Shown here in pieces: positions 31,562 through 40,630 of a stretch of 64,000 nucleotides of DNA. The notes below the pieces were generated by a model that ran no database searches, was not told the DNA's origin, and saw only the letters and a list, made by a program, of their open reading frames with translations. Where the stretch lies: positions 192,001 to 256,000 of the forward strand of contig JAWLBL010000006.1 in assembly GCA_041687695.1 (NCBI GenBank). Direction: 5' to 3'. Each line of letters starts with the position of its first letter. Within the stretch, counting starts at the first letter, position 1. A program made the position numbers and the translations under genes. This stretch comes from Myxococcota bacterium (GTDB taxonomy: Bacteria > Myxococcota_A > UBA9042 > PHBI01 > JAWLBL01).

Positions 31562-32431
31562 ATGGCCATCTTCGTCGACGAGAACACCCGCGTCGTCGTC
31601 CAGGGGATCACCGGCTCCGCCGGCTCCTTCCACGCCCGCCAGATGGTGGAGTACGGCACCAAGGTCGTGGCCGGCGTCACCCCCGGCAAGCAGGGCCAGG
31701 ACTTCGACGGCATCCCGATCTTCGACACGGTCGGCAAGGCCGTGCGCGAGCAGGGCGCCAACGCCTCGGTCGTCTACGTGCCCCCGCCCTTCGCGGCGGA
31801 CGCCATCATGGAGGCGGCGGCCGCGGGCGTTCAGCTCATCGTCGCCATCACCGAGGGCATCCCCGTCCTCGACATGATGAAGGTCAAGGTCTTCCTGCGC
31901 GACTACCCGGGCGTGCGCCTCATCGGGCCGAACTGCCCCGGCGTCATCAGCCCGGGCAAGTGCAAGATCGGCATCATGCCGGGCCACATCCACAAGGAAG
32001 GCAACATCGGCGTGGTCAGCCGCTCGGGCACCCTGACCTACGAGGCCGTGGGCCAGCTCTCCAAGCTCGGCCTCGGCCAGTCGACCGCGGTCGGCATCGG
32101 CGGCGACCCCATCAACGGCACCAACTTCATCGACGTCCTCGCGGCGTTCCAGGACGACCCGCAGACCGAGGGCGTCATCATGATCGGCGAGATCGGCGGC
32201 AACGCCGAGGAGGCCGCCGCGGCCTGGGCGAAGGAGCACTTCACCAAGCCGCTCGCCGCCTTCATCGCCGGCACGACCGCCCCGCCGGGCCGCCGCATGG
32301 GCCACGCGGGCGCCATCATCTCGGGCGGCAAGGGCTCGGCGGCCGACAAGATCGCCGCGCTCGAGGCGGCCGGCATCAAGGTCGCGCCGACCCCGTCCGA
32401 CATGGGCACCACCCTGCAGTCCCTTCTGTAG
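31562..32431 (+). CDS. sucD: Succinyl-CoA synthetase alpha subunit
   Basis: [29 protein letters not shown]. Confidence 0.97.
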   Translation: MAIFVDENTRVVVQGITGSAGSFHARQMVEYGTKVVAGVTPGKQGQDFDGIPIFDTVGKAVREQGANASVVYVPPPFAADAIMEAAAAGVQLIVAITEGIPVLDMMKVKVFLRDYPGVRLIGPNCPGVISPGKCKIGIMPGHIHKEGNIGVVSRSGTLTYEAVGQLSKLGLGQSTAVGIGGDPINGTNFIDVLAAFQDDPQTEGVIMIGEIGGNAEEAAAAWAKEHFTKPLAAFIAGTTAPPGRRMGHAGAIISGGKGSAADKIAALEAAGIKVAPTPSDMGTTLQSLL

Positions 32432-32492
32432 CACCTCGCGCGGGGCCCATCGTCGCGGCCCCGCCCCCAACCGCACCCCTCAGGAGCACCCC

Positions 32493-32912
32493 ATGGCCAT
32501 CGAGCGCACGCTCGCCATCGTCAAGCCGGACGCGGTCGCCGCGAAGAACGCCGGCAACATCATCCAGATGATCGAGGACAACGGCTTCGACATCGTCGCG
32601 ATGAAGAAGACCCGCCTCACCCCGGCCCAGGCCGAGGGCTTCTACTACGTCCACGCGCAGCGCCCCTTCTTCGGGTCGCTGGTCGAGTTCATGAGCTCCG
32701 GCCCGGTCGTCCTGATGGTCCTCGAGGCCGACGACGCCATCACCAAGTGGCGCAACCTCATGGGCCCGACCGACGCCACCAAGGCCGGCCCGGACACCGT
32801 GCGCGGCAAGTTCGGCACCGACATCGAGCGCAACGCCTCGCACGGCTCGGACGCCCCCGAGACGGCCGCCTTCGAGACCAGCTACTTCTTCAGCTGCTTC
32901 GAGCGCATCTAG
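32493..32912 (+). CDS. ndk: Nucleoside diphosphate kinase
   Basis: [23 protein letters not shown]. Confidence 0.97.
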   Translation: MAIERTLAIVKPDAVAAKNAGNIIQMIEDNGFDIVAMKKTRLTPAQAEGFYYVHAQRPFFGSLVEFMSSGPVVLMVLEADDAITKWRNLMGPTDATKAGPDTVRGKFGTDIERNASHGSDAPETAAFETSYFFSCFERI

Positions 32913-32966
32913 TCGCCTCTGAGCCAGCCTGGGGCTCGCCTGCGGGCGGGCCCCGCGAGAATTGTC

Positions 32967-33007
32967 GACACCCGGCCCTGGAAAACGGGGCCGGGTGTCT
33001 TATTGTT
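32967..33007 (+). terminator. Intrinsic terminator after ndk, overlapping a likely rlmN promoter
   Basis: 12-bp stem GACACCCGGCCC/GGGCCGGGTGTC followed by TTATTGTT. Confidence 0.65.
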
Positions 33008-33015
33008 GGGCCCTC

Positions 33016-34131
33016 ATGAGCGCACCGGTCCAAGACGAATCGAGCCGGGTCGAGGCCGCGGCGGCCAAGCCGGCGGCCCTCATCGACCTCAAGGCCCTGA
33101 CCTACGACGAGCTGAGCCAGTGGCTGACCGCCGAGCTGGGCGCGCCGCGCTTTCGGGCCGAGCAGCTCTTCCGCTGGATGCACGCCCGCCGCGTCCGCTC
33201 CTTCGACGAGATGACCAACCTGTCCAAGGCCATGCGCGAGCAGCTCGCCCGGGTGGCCTTCGTCGGCGGGCTCGAGCTGGACGAGGTGCTGGTCGCCCGG
33301 GACGGGACGCGCAAGCTCCTGCTGCGCCGCGCCGACGGCAACCGCATCGAGTCGGTCCTCATCCCGATGGAGGACCGCATCACCCAGTGCGTCTCCAGCC
33401 AGGTGGGCTGCAAGATCGGCTGCGACTTCTGCCTCACCGCGCGCATGCCCCTGCGCAAGAACCTGGCCGCCAGCGAAATAGCCGACCAGGTCTACTGGGC
33501 GCAGCGGGTGCTGGGCGAGGCGGGCGAGGGGCAGCAGGTCAACAACATCGTCTACATGGGCATGGGCGAGCCGCTCGACAACTACGAGCAGGTCGTCCGC
33601 TCGCTCAAGAACCTCATCGACGAGCGCGGCGCCAACTTCTCGGGGCGGCGCATCACCGTCTCGACCAGCGGGGTGGTCCCCAAGATCCCCCAGCTCGGTG
33701 AAGACGTCCCGGTGAACCTGGCGGTCAGCCTGAACGCGACCACCGACGAGATGCGCACGCGCCTCATCCCCATCAACAAGCGCTGGAACATCGCCGCCCT
33801 GATGGAGGCGCTGCACGCCTTCCCGCTGCAGCAGCGGCGCCGCATCACCGTCGAGTACGTCATGCTGGGCGGCGTCAACGACACCCTCGACGACGCGCGG
33901 CGCCTGGTGCGCCTGCTGCGCGGTCTGCGCTGCAAGGTCAACCTGATCCCGTTCAACCCCTGGCCGGGGTCGCGCTACCAGCGGCCCGACGAGGGGCATG
34001 TCGAGGCCTTCGGCGCCGTTCTACGAGACGCCCACTACACCGTGACCATCCGGTACTCGAAGGGCGAGGACATCGGCGCCGCCTGCGGACAACTGGACGG
34101 GCAGGTCGACGGGCAGTCCGAGGCCGCCTGA
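33016..34131 (+). CDS. rlmN: Dual-specificity 23S rRNA/tRNA adenine C2 methyltransferase
   Basis: CVSSQVGCKIGCDFC radical-SAM motif, MGMGEPL, NLIPFNP, DIGAACGQL. Confidence 0.96.
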   Translation: MSAPVQDESSRVEAAAAKPAALIDLKALTYDELSQWLTAELGAPRFRAEQLFRWMHARRVRSFDEMTNLSKAMREQLARVAFVGGLELDEVLVARDGTRKLLLRRADGNRIESVLIPMEDRITQCVSSQVGCKIGCDFCLTARMPLRKNLAASEIADQVYWAQRVLGEAGEGQQVNNIVYMGMGEPLDNYEQVVRSLKNLIDERGANFSGRRITVSTSGVVPKIPQLGEDVPVNLAVSLNATTDEMRTRLIPINKRWNIAALMEALHAFPLQQRRRITVEYVMLGGVNDTLDDARRLVRLLRGLRCKVNLIPFNPWPGSRYQRPDEGHVEAFGAVLRDAHYTVTIRYSKGEDIGAACGQLDGQVDGQSEAA

Positions 34132-34208
34132 CGCGCGCGGCCTGAAGCGCCGCTCGGTTGAACGCCGAGGCAGCCTCGCACGTTACGGTCCCACCACAAG
34201 GAGACAAC

Positions 34209-35726
34209 GTGGCAGAGCAGCTCGCCCAGGTCAGCGACGACACCGCGCGCTTGCGCATCCTCGACGCCATCAAGGCAGCGCCGGGCGGCGCGGTGACCGT
34301 CGGCGACGTCGTCGCCAAGAGCGGCGTGCCCCCGGCCGAGGCCGAGCGGCACCTGACGCTGCTGGTCAAGGAGTACACCTCCGACCTCGACGTCGACGAC
34401 GACGGCAACCTGCTCTACCGCTTCGACCCCGGGCTGTCCGCCCGCCAGGACATCGTCGAGGCCGACCGCAAGCGCCGCCGCAAGGAGGCGTTCAAGAAGG
34501 CGGCCATCGCCTTCTTCAAGGCCTGGACGGTCGTGATGATCGTCGTCTACGCCATCATCTACGTCACCCTGGCCATCATGGCGATGATCGCCGCCTCGTC
34601 GCAGCGGCGCGACGACCGCGGCTTCGGCGGCGGCGGGCGTCACCACGGCGGCGGCGGGACCTTCATCCCGATCTTCTGGGGCAGCGGCTCCTCCTGGCGC
34701 TCCGAGCGGACGCGGCGGCGCACCATCCGCGACGTCGAGCAGCGCGTCGGCCGCGGGGCCGACCCCTACGATCTCCGCGACGCGCGCGAGGACGAGGACA
34801 AGAAGCCCGGCATCATCGAGCGCACCTGGTACTTCCTGTTCGGCCAGCGCGGCCTCGAGCAGAACCCGCTCGAGCGCGAAAAGGAGCTGCTCACCTACGT
34901 CCGCGCCAAGAAGGGCCTGGTCACCAACGCCGACATCGTGGCCCTGCTGGGCGTGCCCTACGACGAGGCCGACGCCATCGGCACGCGCCTGGTCGCCACC
35001 TACGACGGCGAGCTGGACATCACCGACGAGGGCCTGGCGGTCTACCGCTTCCCGAACCTGATGCTCAGCGGCGCCCCCGAGGTGCAGGAGCAGGTCCCCC
35101 GCCTGGGCTACACCTGGCAGGTCCGCAAGAAGGAGCACGCGCTGCGGGCCAACCCGACCTTCCTCATCCCGTTCTTGAACGGCTTCAACCTGGTCCTGGC
35201 CTTCGTCACCTACACGACGCTGCTGCCCATCCTGGGTTGGTCCAACACCTTCGCGCACATCACCCTGGTCTTCTTCCCGGGGCTGTTCAGCGTCCTGTTC
35301 TTCGCGGTGGCGCTCAACCGAAAGCTGCGCGAGGCGCGCGCCGCCGGGCAGTACGAGCGCGACAACATGCGCATCGCCATCTACCGGCTGCTGTTCCAGC
35401 GGCGCCGTCCGGTGGTCATCCCCGGCGACGAGCAGGCCATCGCCGCGGCCGGCCTGGGCAGCTGGGGGACGCGCCGGCTTCACGAGGAGTGCGACGCCAT
35501 CGCCATGGAGCTGCGCGGCGACTGCGCCGCGCGCGGTGACGGGCGCCGCGAGATCCGCGCCGACCGCGTCTTCCGCGAGATGGACGTCGTCGAGCGCCTG
35601 CGCGCCCAGGCCGAGTCCAAGCAGGCCGTCGGCCGCACGGTCTTCTCGACCCGCGGGCCCCTCGAGGCGCGCCCCATCGAGGACGACGCGCTGGCCCAGG
35701 AGATCGCCCGCCTCGAGCGCGAGTAG
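34209..35726 (+). CDS. Membrane protein resembling the At5g03900-like family, with internal repeats
   Basis: VTVGDVVAKSG...LDVDDDGNLLYRF and a second copy ...LDITDEGLAVYRFP; TM helices; AAGGAG RBS before GTG 34209. Confidence 0.65.
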   Translation: MAEQLAQVSDDTARLRILDAIKAAPGGAVTVGDVVAKSGVPPAEAERHLTLLVKEYTSDLDVDDDGNLLYRFDPGLSARQDIVEADRKRRRKEAFKKAAIAFFKAWTVVMIVVYAIIYVTLAIMAMIAASSQRRDDRGFGGGGRHHGGGGTFIPIFWGSGSSWRSERTRRRTIRDVEQRVGRGADPYDLRDAREDEDKKPGIIERTWYFLFGQRGLEQNPLEREKELLTYVRAKKGLVTNADIVALLGVPYDEADAIGTRLVATYDGELDITDEGLAVYRFPNLMLSGAPEVQEQVPRLGYTWQVRKKEHALRANPTFLIPFLNGFNLVLAFVTYTTLLPILGWSNTFAHITLVFFPGLFSVLFFAVALNRKLREARAAGQYERDNMRIAIYRLLFQRRRPVVIPGDEQAIAAAGLGSWGTRRLHEECDAIAMELRGDCAARGDGRREIRADRVFREMDVVERLRAQAESKQAVGRTVFSTRGPLEARPIEDDALAQEIARLERE

Positions 35727-35742
35727 CCCGCCTCGCGGGTCA

Positions 35743-35975
35743 TCTCCTGGTGCCCTCCGGCACCGAACGACGACCTGCGTGTCGTCTCCTGGTGCCCTCC
35801 GGCACCGAAGGACGACCTGCGTGTCGTTTCATGGTGCCCTCCGGCACCGAAGGACGACTCGCGTGTCGTCTCCTGGTGCCCTCCGGCACCGAAGACCGAC
35901 CTGCGTGTCGTCTCCTGGTGCCCTCCGGCACCGAACGACGACCTGCGTGTCGTCTCGTGGTGCCCTCGGGCAGCG
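35743..35975. repeat. Tandem array of 42-bp double-hairpin units (5 full, 1 partial)
   Basis: TCTCCTGGTGCCCTCCGGCACCGAA(C/G)GACGACCTGCGTGTCG starting at 35743, 35785, 35827, 35869, 35911; partial at 35953. Confidence 0.95.
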
Positions 35976-35981
35976 CGCCGG

Positions 35982-36443
35982 TCAGTGCTTGCGGCGGGCG
36001 CGGCCCTTGTCGAGGTGGGGCGGGACCTCGGGGCGCTCTCCGCGCAGCCAGGCGTCGGCCAGGTCCTCGAGCACCTCGTTGTGGACGTCGCCGCGGGCCA
36101 TGATCTCGTGGTCGCCGAAGCGGTGCGGCTTCCAGTCGAGCGGCAGCAGCAGCTCGCGCTCGGCCCGGAAGTACTCGCCCAGGTACCAGTCGAGGAAGTC
36201 CAGCGCCAGCTCGAGCCCCTCGGCCACCGAGCGCACCTTGCTGTCGCTGGTCTCGACGGCCGACTCCATGTGGTAGACGTAGGTGCGGTCGGGGTTGGCC
36301 AGCGTGACGCGCGCGACGACCGTCTCGCCGTCCAGCCGCGCCTCGACGGAGAAGCGCTCGCCGCGCAGGTGTCCGCCGTGGCGGCTGACCAGCGCGTCGA
36401 CGATCTGGGTCTGGCTCTGCGGGGTGACGAGCGGCTTGGCCAT
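35982..36443 (-). CDS. Hypothetical protein (globular composition)
   Basis: MAKPLVTPQ...LDFLDWYLGEYF...LPLDW...LEDLADAWL; AGGAG RBS. Confidence 0.75.
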   Translation of the reverse strand: MAKPLVTPQSQTQIVDALVSRHGGHLRGERFSVEARLDGETVVARVTLANPDRTYVYHMESAVETSDSKVRSVAEGLELALDFLDWYLGEYFRAERELLLPLDWKPHRFGDHEIMARGDVHNEVLEDLADAWLRGERPEVPPHLDKGRARRKH

Positions 36444-36596
36444 GGAGGCTCCTGGGTCGTGGGGCGCGAGGGCGCGTCCTATCACAGGTCGGGCCGACGT
36501 CCACGAGCGATCGCGCCAACAAGGTAGACTACAGCGTAGGCAAGGCGCCGCAGAAGTCGAACCGAGGCGAGCGCGCGCGCTGACGCGTCGCCCCGG

Positions 36597-38327
36597 TCAG
36601 GCGACCTGGCGCAGGCGCTGGAGCAGCCGCGGGACCACGTCCTCGGGCCCGCAGCGGAGGAAGGTCACGCCCGCGGGGCGCAGGGCCGCCTGGGCCAGCT
36701 CGAGGCTGTGGGACACGCGCAGGCGCGCCACGTCGAGCACGGCGTCCTCGAGGGCGTCGGCGCCGGCGGCCGCGCCCTCGAAGCCGGGGTGATCGGGGCA
36801 CACGACGACCACCGAGTGGCGGTGCCGGCGCGCGGCGGCGGCGATGTGCCGCAGGGCCTCGAGGTCGTCGGCCGAGTAGAGGTCGCTCATGATCACGATG
36901 GCGTGTGGGCCGCCGCGGGCCGTCAGCACGTGCTCCATCGCGGCCTCGAGGCCGCGGGCCTGGGCGCCGGGGCGCGGCGTCGGATCGAGCGGCAGCGGCA
37001 CGCCCAGGTGCCGACAGAAGGCGCGCAGGATGGCGCGCTGCGGGTCGCGGGCGTAGCTGAAGAGCGGGACGACCGGGCGGGACAGATCCCGGGCCACCAG
37101 CTCGGCGTCGAGGCGGCGCTGGGCCAGCTGCACGAGGCGCGCCAGATCGTGAGGGCTGGCCCGAGGGTCGGCGCGCTTGGGATCGCGGGTCGCGACGCGG
37201 CAGGTGACCCCGTCCTGGGCCTCGAGCCAGGCGGCGGCGCGCTCGACCAGCTCGCGGTCGGTCAGCTCGGTGCGGCCCTCGTGGACGAGGTGCGGCACCT
37301 CGAGCAGGGCCTCGAGCAGCCGCACCAGCTGAGGGCGGCCGCGGCCGGGCGTCACCTCGAGGCGGACGGCCTCGTCGTAGACCACCAGGCCCGCGCGATC
37401 GCCCCGCCCCACGACCAGATCGAGCAGGTGATGGGCCGCCTCGAGCACGTAGTCGATGCGCGCGCGGCCGGGAGGGCCCCAGAACATGCTGGGCGAGGCG
37501 TCGACCAGGACGAAGGTGCTCAGGACCAGATCCGACTCGAACTCGCGCGCGATGAGCTTGCCGCGGCGGGCCGAGGCGCGCCAGGCGATGTGCTTGAAGG
37601 GGTCGCCGGCCTGGTGGTCGCGCAGCTCGCGGATCTCCATGCCGGTGCCGCGGCGGCGCGTGTGGTCGGCGCCGGCGCGCTCCTGCAGCGAGGTGCGCGT
37701 GGCGCGCAGCGGGGCGTCGGGGCGCGCGGCGTAGCGCCGGGGCAGGACGGTGACCCGCGCGCGGGCGGGCACCCAGACGCGCACGCCGAACAGGCCGTGG
37801 GCGACCTCGGCCGAGGCGACGAAGCCCTGGAAGAAGGCGTCGCCGACGCGGCGGGGCGTGAGCTGCAGGGTGCCTTCGGCGGGCGGCGCGGCCGCGGTCA
37901 TCGTGACGGCGGCCTCGAGCGGGGCGACCGGCGCCGGGGAGAGCGTGACCACCCGCGGCGACAGCCCCGGCGCGACGTCGAGGCGGAAGGGCAGGGTGAG
38001 CGCCCGGCCCAGCGGGATCCGCAGCTCGCCCGGCTCGGCGACGCCCGGCCGGAGCGTGGCGATGAGGCCGCCGTGGCGCAGCCGGTGCCGGGCCACGCGC
38101 GCGACCGCGTAGGCCCAGGTCAGGAGGACCAGGGGCAGGCCCCCCAGGGCGGTCGCGATGGGCCGGTCGAAGGCCACGCCCACCAGCAGGAAGGTCAATC
38201 CGGTCAGCGCGAGCGTGCGCCCCGCCGGCGTGAGCCACAGGCGCGGACCGCGCGGCGTCGGCCCGCTCGGGGACCGCGCCGACGCGCCGGCCCTGCTAGG
38301 GCTCCTCGGTGTACGGGACCTCGGCAA
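36597..38327 (-). CDS. DUF58 domain protein (vWA-like, MoxR-associated)
   Basis: GMEIRELRDHQAGDPFKHIAWRASARRGKLIAREFE, LVDASPSM, IMSDL; N-terminal TM pair. Confidence 0.88.
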   Translation of the reverse strand: MPRSRTPRSPSRAGASARSPSGPTPRGPRLWLTPAGRTLALTGLTFLLVGVAFDRPIATALGGLPLVLLTWAYAVARVARHRLRHGGLIATLRPGVAEPGELRIPLGRALTLPFRLDVAPGLSPRVVTLSPAPVAPLEAAVTMTAAAPPAEGTLQLTPRRVGDAFFQGFVASAEVAHGLFGVRVWVPARARVTVLPRRYAARPDAPLRATRTSLQERAGADHTRRRGTGMEIRELRDHQAGDPFKHIAWRASARRGKLIAREFESDLVLSTFVLVDASPSMFWGPPGRARIDYVLEAAHHLLDLVVGRGDRAGLVVYDEAVRLEVTPGRGRPQLVRLLEALLEVPHLVHEGRTELTDRELVERAAAWLEAQDGVTCRVATRDPKRADPRASPHDLARLVQLAQRRLDAELVARDLSRPVVPLFSYARDPQRAILRAFCRHLGVPLPLDPTPRPGAQARGLEAAMEHVLTARGGPHAIVIMSDLYSADDLEALRHIAAAARRHRHSVVVVCPDHPGFEGAAAGADALEDAVLDVARLRVSHSLELAQAALRPAGVTFLRCGPEDVVPRLLQRLRQVA

Positions 38328-39312
38328 GGCACTCCTCGACGACCTCGTCCACGGCCACCTGGTCCAGCTCGGACTCGGGGGTCAGGATGATGCGATGGTT
38401 CAGGATGGGCGGGACCAGCGCGCGGATGTCGTCGGGCAGGACGTGGCCGCGGCCATAGATGAGGGCGCGCACCTTGGCGCAGCGCATCAGCGCCAGCGAG
38501 GCGCGTGGGCTGGCCCCGAGCAGGACCGAAGGGTGCTCGCGGGTGCGCTGCACGAGGCGCACGATGTAGTCCAGAAGGCCCGGCGCGATGAAGATGCGCT
38601 CGGAGACCTCGGCGAGGTGCTCTATCTCCTCGGGCGACAGGATGGTGCGGACCTCGGGGACGGGCAGGTTGTAGGTCGCGAGGACGCGCCGCTCCTCGGC
38701 GAAGCTGGGGTAGCGCAGGACCAGCTTGAAGATGAAGCGGTCGACCTGCGCCTCGGGCAGCAGGTACACCCCCTCCTGCTCGACCGGGTTCTGGGTGGCC
38801 AGCACGATGAACGGCCGCGGCAGGCGCAGGGTCTGGCCCTCGATGGTGACCTGGCCCTCCTGCATCGCCTCGAGCAGGGCGCTCTGCGTCTTGGCGGGCG
38901 CGCGGTTGATCTCGTCGCCGAGCACCACGTTCGCGAACAGCGGTCCCTTGCGCAGGACGAAGGTCTGGTCCTTGAGGTTGAGCACGTAGGTGCCGGTGAT
39001 GTCGGCCGGCAGCAGGTCGGGCGTGAACTGGATGCGCGAGAAGTCGCAGCCCAGGGTGCGCGCGAAGGTCTTGACCAGGGTCGTCTTGGCGATGCCGGGG
39101 ACGCCCTCGAGCAGGACGTGGCCGCGGGCGAGCAGGGCGACCAGCAGGAGATCGGTGGTCGCCGCCGAGCCGACGTAGGCCTTGCCGATCTCGGCGTGCA
39201 GCTGCTGGCGGACCTCGGCGGCGCGCAGGATGTCGGCGGCGGCCGGCGTGCGGGGCGTCGAGGACGGGTCGGGGGCGGCGGCCACGTCGGCCGGAGATTC
39301 AAGCTGAGACAT
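38296..39312 (-). CDS. MoxR family AAA+ ATPase
   Basis: GHVLLEGVPGIAKT, RIQFTPDLLPADITG, DEINRAPAKTQSALLE, ATQNPVEQEG, GASPRA. Confidence 0.95.
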   Translation of the reverse strand: MSQLESPADVAAAPDPSSTPRTPAAADILRAAEVRQQLHAEIGKAYVGSAATTDLLLVALLARGHVLLEGVPGIAKTTLVKTFARTLGCDFSRIQFTPDLLPADITGTYVLNLKDQTFVLRKGPLFANVVLGDEINRAPAKTQSALLEAMQEGQVTIEGQTLRLPRPFIVLATQNPVEQEGVYLLPEAQVDRFIFKLVLRYPSFAEERRVLATYNLPVPEVRTILSPEEIEHLAEVSERIFIAPGLLDYIVRLVQRTREHPSVLLGASPRASLALMRCAKVRALIYGRGHVLPDDIRALVPPILNHRIILTPESELDQVAVDEVVEECLAEVPYTEEP

Positions 39313-40630
39313 GCCGCTCCTTGCGAGGACCCGATGATCGGCCGCGGCCGCGCTGGTCGGCCCAGCGGGTGACGAGCCGGACGTTGTCGTACAGACGCTC
39401 GAAGCGGTCGGCCGTGACGACCGGCGGCTCAGGGGCCAGCAAGCTAGCGGCCTCCCGGTCGATGCGCAACAGCGCGCCCCGAGCCAGCTCGCGCTCGTCG
39501 GACGGGCCCGCCGCGCCGGCGGCCTCGTCGGTCAGCGAACGCAGCAGGCCGCGGGCGCGCAGGTGCTCGACCCGCTCGAGGAGCGTCTGGGCCAGCACGA
39601 CGAAGTCGGCCTCGGCGCGGTTGGCGGCGTAGCCGACGGCCTCCTCGGTGGGCGGCGGGCCGCCGGCGGCGGGCGCGGACAGGTGCGGCATCCGGTGCGG
39701 GCGTCGGCCGCGCGCCAGCATGACCAGGCCCAGCGCCAGCGCGACGAGCAGGACGACGCCCGCCACACCGAAGGCCCAGGGCCGCTCGGCGAGCTTGCGG
39801 CTCAGGGCGCCGATGGTCTCGTCGAGGGTCTCGAGGCCCTCGTCCAGGGTGCGCGCGAGGCCGCCCATCGGGCCCGCGCCGCGCCGATAGGTCCCCTGCG
39901 CGGTGGTCGTGGGCCCCAGCAGGCGCAGGCGGCACGGGTCCTGCTCGCAGTACAGGCGCATCACGTTCGCGGCGAACTGCTTGTTGCCGTAGAAGCGTCG
40001 CAGCATCTCATTGGTGAACAGGGACGGGTCGGCGATGGCCAGGACCGCGCCGCGCCCGTGCTGCACCTCGACCACCAGGCGCTCGGTGGCGACGTCGAAG
40101 CCCAGGACCCGCTCGCCCGCGCCCGACAGGACGGCCGGGTGGTTGCTGACGACCTCCTCGACGTTGAAGAACAGGAAGTGCTTGTGGTCGGGGACGGCGA
40201 TGGGCAGCCCCTCCTGGCCCTGGTACCAGCGCGAGTGGACGGTCGGGCCGTGCGGGCGGCGCTCTATGCCGAGCCGCGCGAACAGGGCGTCGGCGCGGCC
40301 GTGGTCGTCGGCGACGATGAGGTGTCCGCCGTCCTCGACGTAGTCGAGCAGCGCGTCGACCGGCAGGTCCTGGGTCGGGTAGAGCCACAGGAGGGTGTAG
40401 CTGGGCCGCAGGCGCGACAGATCGAGCTCGGCCGTCAGCTCGACGTCGACCTTGGCCTCGCGCGCCGTCTCGAGCAGGTAACCCAGGCCGTTCCAGGCGT
40501 CGCTGTCGGTCGCGTAGTCGCCGATGGGGTCGGCCTCGGGCGCCAGCGCCTCGGTCTGCGCGGCGGCGAGGCCGGGGAGCAGCGCCAGCAGCGCCAGGGC
40601 GGTCGCGATCAGGGCGGGGCGGGCGGTCAC
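39299..40630 (-). CDS. DUF4350-like domain membrane protein
   Basis: Signal peptide; WNGLGYL, GGHLIVADD, GAVLAIADPSLFTNEML; C-terminal TM; GTG overlaps the upstream TGA. Confidence 0.7.
   Translation of the reverse strand: MTARPALIATALALLALLPGLAAAQTEALAPEADPIGDYATDSDAWNGLGYLLETAREAKVDVELTAELDLSRLRPSYTLLWLYPTQDLPVDALLDYVEDGGHLIVADDHGRADALFARLGIERRPHGPTVHSRWYQGQEGLPIAVPDHKHFLFFNVEEVVSNHPAVLSGAGERVLGFDVATERLVVEVQHGRGAVLAIADPSLFTNEMLRRFYGNKQFAANVMRLYCEQDPCRLRLLGPTTTAQGTYRRGAGPMGGLARTLDEGLETLDETIGALSRKLAERPWAFGVAGVVLLVALALGLVMLARGRRPHRMPHLSAPAAGGPPPTEEAVGYAANRAEADFVVLAQTLLERVEHLRARGLLRSLTDEAAGAAGPSDERELARGALLRIDREAASLLAPEPPVVTADRFERLYDNVRLVTRWADQRGRGRSSGPRKERHVSA

Noticed and set aside
35743..35975. 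CRISPR array
   Set aside because: Units are contiguous near-identical 42-mers with no unique spacers, no AT-rich leader and no cas genes in the window.
35740..36522. ORFs translating the 42-bp array into 14-aa repeat proteins
   Set aside because: No credible start or RBS, they overlap the real 35982-36443 gene, and conservation follows DNA hairpins rather than codons.
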